From: Candidatus Saccharimonadota bacterium
GTDB taxonomy: Bacteria; Patescibacteriota; Gracilibacteria; Absconditabacterales; Absconditicoccaceae
DNA: 32,000 nucleotides
Direction of reading: 5' to 3'
Assembly: GCA_030429145.1 (NCBI GenBank)
Contig: JAUIDC010000001.1
Coordinates: forward strand, 780,001-812,000
This document shows, one piece after another, positions 29,243 to 32,000 of the stretch (its first letter is position 1; the number at the start of each line of letters is the position of its first letter). The notes beneath the pieces are model-generated. The model was given only the letters and a program-made list of their open reading frames with translations. It had not been told where the DNA came from and searched no databases. The position numbers and the translations under genes are program-made.

Positions 29243-29929
29243 TTAATCAAGTATCTGGATGCCGGTAGTGTTGAGGGTTGCTTTGTGGATTTCGGCGAGT
29301 TTTTTACAGATTTCTCTAGTGTCGTAGCGGGGGTCTTGTTGGCTTTTATAATATCGTTGGTGAGTATCGATAAGTGATATTTCAGTGAGATTTTTTCGAT
29401 CTTGAAAAAGTTGAGAAGGGGTGCAAAAAAGAGTTTGGATTTGGCCTGTTTTGATACCTCGTCGAGCTTTGTCTTTTTGCACCTGCGTAGATGTCCCATT
29501 GAGTATAACGTACTCTTTGAGGGAGTTGTACGCTGGATTTGTTTTAATGTGATTGTCCATCGTTCGGACATCGGGAAAAACGACAAGTTTCTGTTCAGCC
29601 TTCTTCTTAGTTTTGATTTCTTTGTTGAAGAGGTCTGCTACCTCTCCTGTGACAAAGAGTTTAACGACGTTTTTATATGATGTATAGTATTCGTGTACGA
29701 GTCGGTGAATGAGTGTGAGTGTCTTTTTTGAGAAAAAGTTTGGATAGTACTCATCTACCCTGTCAGATAGAAGAAATTTGTCTTTGTCGACTTTTCGAGT
29801 AGTTTCATCTCCAAGTGCGACGTACATGTCATTTCCACCGACATACAAATCTCCCTCCTTCAAGCCCTCCTGCTTGGTTCGGCAGATCTTATCATGGCCA
29901 TATCGTCACTGGAAGCTGTAGAGGTACAT
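29243..29929 (-). CDS. priA: PriA-like primosomal protein N', N-terminal half only (3' DNA-binding region and degenerate helicase lobe 1; Walker A absent, DEEH replaced by DTHQ)
   Basis: ATG 29929 with TGA at 29906-29908. The product is MYLYSFQ-G-RYGH...LIHRLVHEYYTSYKNVVKLF...QKLVVFPDV...ILNGTSTQVQKDKARRGIKTGQIQTLFCTPSQLFQDRKNLTEISLIDTHQRYYKSQQDPRYDTREICKKLA...TLNTTGIQILD. By eye it aligns with E. coli PriA LVMVPEI...LHSGL..ER..W...G...IVIGTRSALF...LGVIVIDEEHDSSYKQ...RYHARD...ILGSATPALE. Stop is TAA 29243-29245. Confidence 0.7.
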
Positions 29930-29947
29930 GTATGATGAAATGAGTAA

Positions 29948-30175
29948 TTACTGACTGTCTGTTTCGCTTTCTGCTGCTTCTGGGTCGTAGATAAGGTCGT
30001 CCATAGGCTCTTTTTTTGCCTCTTCGACGATGTTTTTTAACTCATCTGGAGCATCAGCAAACATCTCATGGAGCTTGACCTCCCTTGCATATTTTTCTTT
30101 TTCCTCTTTGAGTGTTTTCTCATCGACTACCTGAAAGTCGAACTCTTTATTTTGATCGTCTTCTTGTTGAGTCAT
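29948..30175 (-). CDS. small acidic protein (75 aa), unknown function
   Basis: Uninterrupted ORF between lysS and the priA N-half, with tight spacing. The product is Glu/Asp rich. Confidence 0.45.
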   Translation of the reverse strand: MTQQEDDQNKEFDFQVVDEKTLKEEKEKYAREVKLHEMFADAPDELKNIVEEAKKEPMDDLIYDPEAAESETDSQ

Positions 30176-30197
30176 TATAGTATAGTAGATTGGTAAA

Positions 30198-31793
30198 TTA
30201 TTCTTCTTCTGTATTTTCTGTCTTTTCCTTTAGCATGTGTGCCGGTTTCATCATGGGGAACAATATCACATCGCGGATATTTGGTTGTTCTGTGAGGAGT
30301 GCAAAAATTCTATCGATACCCATTCCTCGACCAGACTGAGGTGGCATACCGTATTCCATAGCTTGGACAAATTCTGGGTCTCCTGCAGTCGCTTCTTCGT
30401 CGCCTGCTTCTAGGGCTGCAGCTTGGGCATCAAAATTTTTCTGCTGCTCCACTGGGTCAACGAGCTCTGAGTAGGCTTTGATAACCTCTCGACCATTGAT
30501 AAGAAGCTGCCACTGCTCTACGATATTTTTATCATAATCATTGGTACGCGCCAAAGGTTGCATGAGCTGTGGATAGTTGACGATAAATGCAGGACCAACT
30601 ATCTTCGGTCTGGTTACTTTCTTGTAGAGGTAGTCAATCATCGTAACAAGGCCTTGTTTATCGATGCCTTCCCATGTATATCCTGCTTTTTTGACGTCTG
30701 CTCTGAGCTTTTCGTCGTCTCCTTCCTGATAAGATCCAACATCAATGCCTGAATCTTTTTTGATTTGATCGACATAATTGATACGCTGTCGTGGGGTTTT
30801 AAATGAAACCTCTTTTGTGACTCCTTGTTTGTCAGTAACATTGATCGTTTGTTGTAGTTCAGGGATCTTTTTGAAAATATAGTCAAACATCTCCTCGGTA
30901 AATTTCATGTTATCCTCATGATTTCGATATGCTGCATAGTGCTCGATCATCGTAAATTCTTGGTGATGACTTGGGTCTGAGCCTTCATTGCGAAAGTCTT
31001 TTGCTACCTCAAAAACCTTTTCAAGCATACCAACGGTAGCTTTCTTAAGATTTGTCTCGGGTGAGATTCTCAGATACATGTCCATATCAAAGTCGTTGTG
31101 GTGTGTCACAAATGGACGCGCTGCCGCACCAGATGCTGCATTGCCAAGTACTGGCGTCTCTATTTCGGTGAAACCTCTCTCTCGGTAAAACTCTCTGATC
31201 ACCTTGAGAAACTTTGAGCGGAGCTTCATCCTCTCGAGGCTCTCTTTATTGAATATCATATCGAGATATCTGTGTCTGTATGCTCTCTCTTGGTCTTCTC
31301 CGATGCCGTGAAATTTGTCTCCAAGTGGTTGGATCGCTTTCGCCAAGAATGTATAGTTAGTTACGAACAGGGTTAATTCCCCTTTATGCGTCAAAAATAA
31401 CTCTCCTTCTACACCGATAAAATCACCAACATCGACCAACTTATCAATTAACTTATAGGCTGTCATATCTTCTATTTCACTTACGGCTTCGCCGTCCTTC
31501 ACAATATGTGTCGCTTCCCTGTGGAACATAAGCTGAATTTCTCCACTTTCGTCAAGGAGTCTTCCGAATGACAATTTTCCATGAGAACGGAAAAGCGTTA
31601 GTCTTCCAGCCGTTTTATACTCATTTTTGGGTGAAGGGATAATCTCTTCTACATCACGAAATTCCTCTTCTTTTTTTGTCAGAAGATCTTGTATCATAGA
31701 GGTCTTATCGTACTTTGGTGCGTAGGGATTGATTCCCATCTCACGTAGTTTCTCTGCTTTCTGTTTTCTTACCTCGTACTCTGAAAGTGTCAT
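30198..31793 (-). CDS. lysS: lysine--tRNA ligase, class II
   Basis: The N-terminal OB-fold region is GRLTLFRSHGKLSFGRLLDESGEIQL. Class II motifs are FTEIETPVL, ARPFVTHHN, YLRISPE, RNEG and MGIDRIFALLT...IRDVILFP. No in-frame TGA. Confidence 0.95.
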   Translation of the reverse strand: MTLSEYEVRKQKAEKLREMGINPYAPKYDKTSMIQDLLTKKEEEFRDVEEIIPSPKNEYKTAGRLTLFRSHGKLSFGRLLDESGEIQLMFHREATHIVKDGEAVSEIEDMTAYKLIDKLVDVGDFIGVEGELFLTHKGELTLFVTNYTFLAKAIQPLGDKFHGIGEDQERAYRHRYLDMIFNKESLERMKLRSKFLKVIREFYRERGFTEIETPVLGNAASGAAARPFVTHHNDFDMDMYLRISPETNLKKATVGMLEKVFEVAKDFRNEGSDPSHHQEFTMIEHYAAYRNHEDNMKFTEEMFDYIFKKIPELQQTINVTDKQGVTKEVSFKTPRQRINYVDQIKKDSGIDVGSYQEGDDEKLRADVKKAGYTWEGIDKQGLVTMIDYLYKKVTRPKIVGPAFIVNYPQLMQPLARTNDYDKNIVEQWQLLINGREVIKAYSELVDPVEQQKNFDAQAAALEAGDEEATAGDPEFVQAMEYGMPPQSGRGMGIDRIFALLTEQPNIRDVILFPMMKPAHMLKEKTENTEEE

Positions 31794-31857
31794 TCCTATA
31801 GTGAAATAATGTCAATAAATCTTTCTACATATATAGAAATTCCGCGTTTTTGCAATG

Positions 31858-31884
31858 AAAAAAGGCTGCATGATTATGCAACCT
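31858..31884 (-). terminator. rho-independent terminator of the upstream minus-strand gene
   Basis: On the minus strand, ggttgcat-aatc-atgcagcc is followed by T6. Confidence 0.65.
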
Positions 31885-32000
31885 TAACTCTCTTGAGAGA
31901 TTTCTTTTTCCTTTTGGGTAATAATGAATTTTGGATACCAATGATCTCATCTGTTTTGGGGAGTATTTTACATGGATATGAGCTTATGGATGAGCTAACA
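31874..32000 (-). CDS. 3' end of an unidentified gene running off the window (last 41 codons)
   Basis: An open frame runs from the window edge to TAA 31874-31876, which lies inside the terminator hairpin. The product ends ...GIQNSLLPKRKKKSLKRVKVA. Support comes only from openness and the terminator. Confidence 0.3.
   Translation of the reverse strand, partial: VSSSISSYPCKILPKTDEIIGIQNSLLPKRKKKSLKRVKVA

Noticed and set aside
29143-29586. Track ORF 29143..29586 (-)
   Set aside because: It overlaps the priA N-half in a different frame and runs into the structured non-coding element. No motifs. The priA frame carries clear homology.
1-32000. Translation table 4 (UGA = Trp, Mycoplasma/Spiroplasma type)
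   Set aside because: The TGA positions correspond to invariant Gly, not Trp, in Walker A of PcrA, UppS, SmpB, FtsA, UvrB and the IS1595 transposase. The gene content (DUF4012, reduced division set, pilin) also looks like CPR rather than Mollicutes.

Overview
This AT-rich chromosomal window holds about 34 protein genes. I recognised no rRNA, tRNA or CRISPR array. The sequence is only coherent if UGA is read as glycine (translation table 25, the Gracilibacteria/Absconditabacteria type of CPR bacterium). The supplied standard-code ORF track breaks about 20 genes at in-frame TGA. Re-joining pieces in the same frame restores full-length PcrA/UvrD, Dus, UppS, DnaN, FtsA, SmpB, PepF, a DUF4012 protein, an IS1595 transposase and others. 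The TGA codons fall on universally conserved glycines, for example the Walker A AGA-G-SGKT of PcrA. All coordinates below are my table-25 calls. Content from left to right: (1) An accessory island at 1-5.4 kb: IS1595 element, a small HExxH gene missed by the ORF track, small basic proteins, an RNxxxH protein with a lysine-rich tail, UPF0489, a class-3 lipase. (2) dus, ftsL-like and rsmH. (3) Two tandem paralogous unknowns. (4) The C-terminal half of a priA-like gene, then pcrA. (5) A long minus-strand block: SLOG-like protein, DUF4012, membrane protein, smpB, truncated uvrB, lipoprotein, pepF, methyltransferase, atpC, ftsZ, ftsA, pilin-like, dnaN, uppS, TIM-barrel isomerase. (6) The N-terminal half of priA, a small acidic protein and lysS. 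The most notable observations are the recoding itself, and a priA-like gene split into two opposite-strand halves 19.5 kb apart, which is the geometry of an inversion; both halves have lost the helicase motifs. Others are a uvrB that stops right after domain 1b and abuts smpB, a 128-nt structured GC-richer element at the priA break, and very uneven TGA usage (dense in the mobile genes, absent from lysS, ftsZ and rsmH). All homology calls come from motif recognition by eye; no searches were run.
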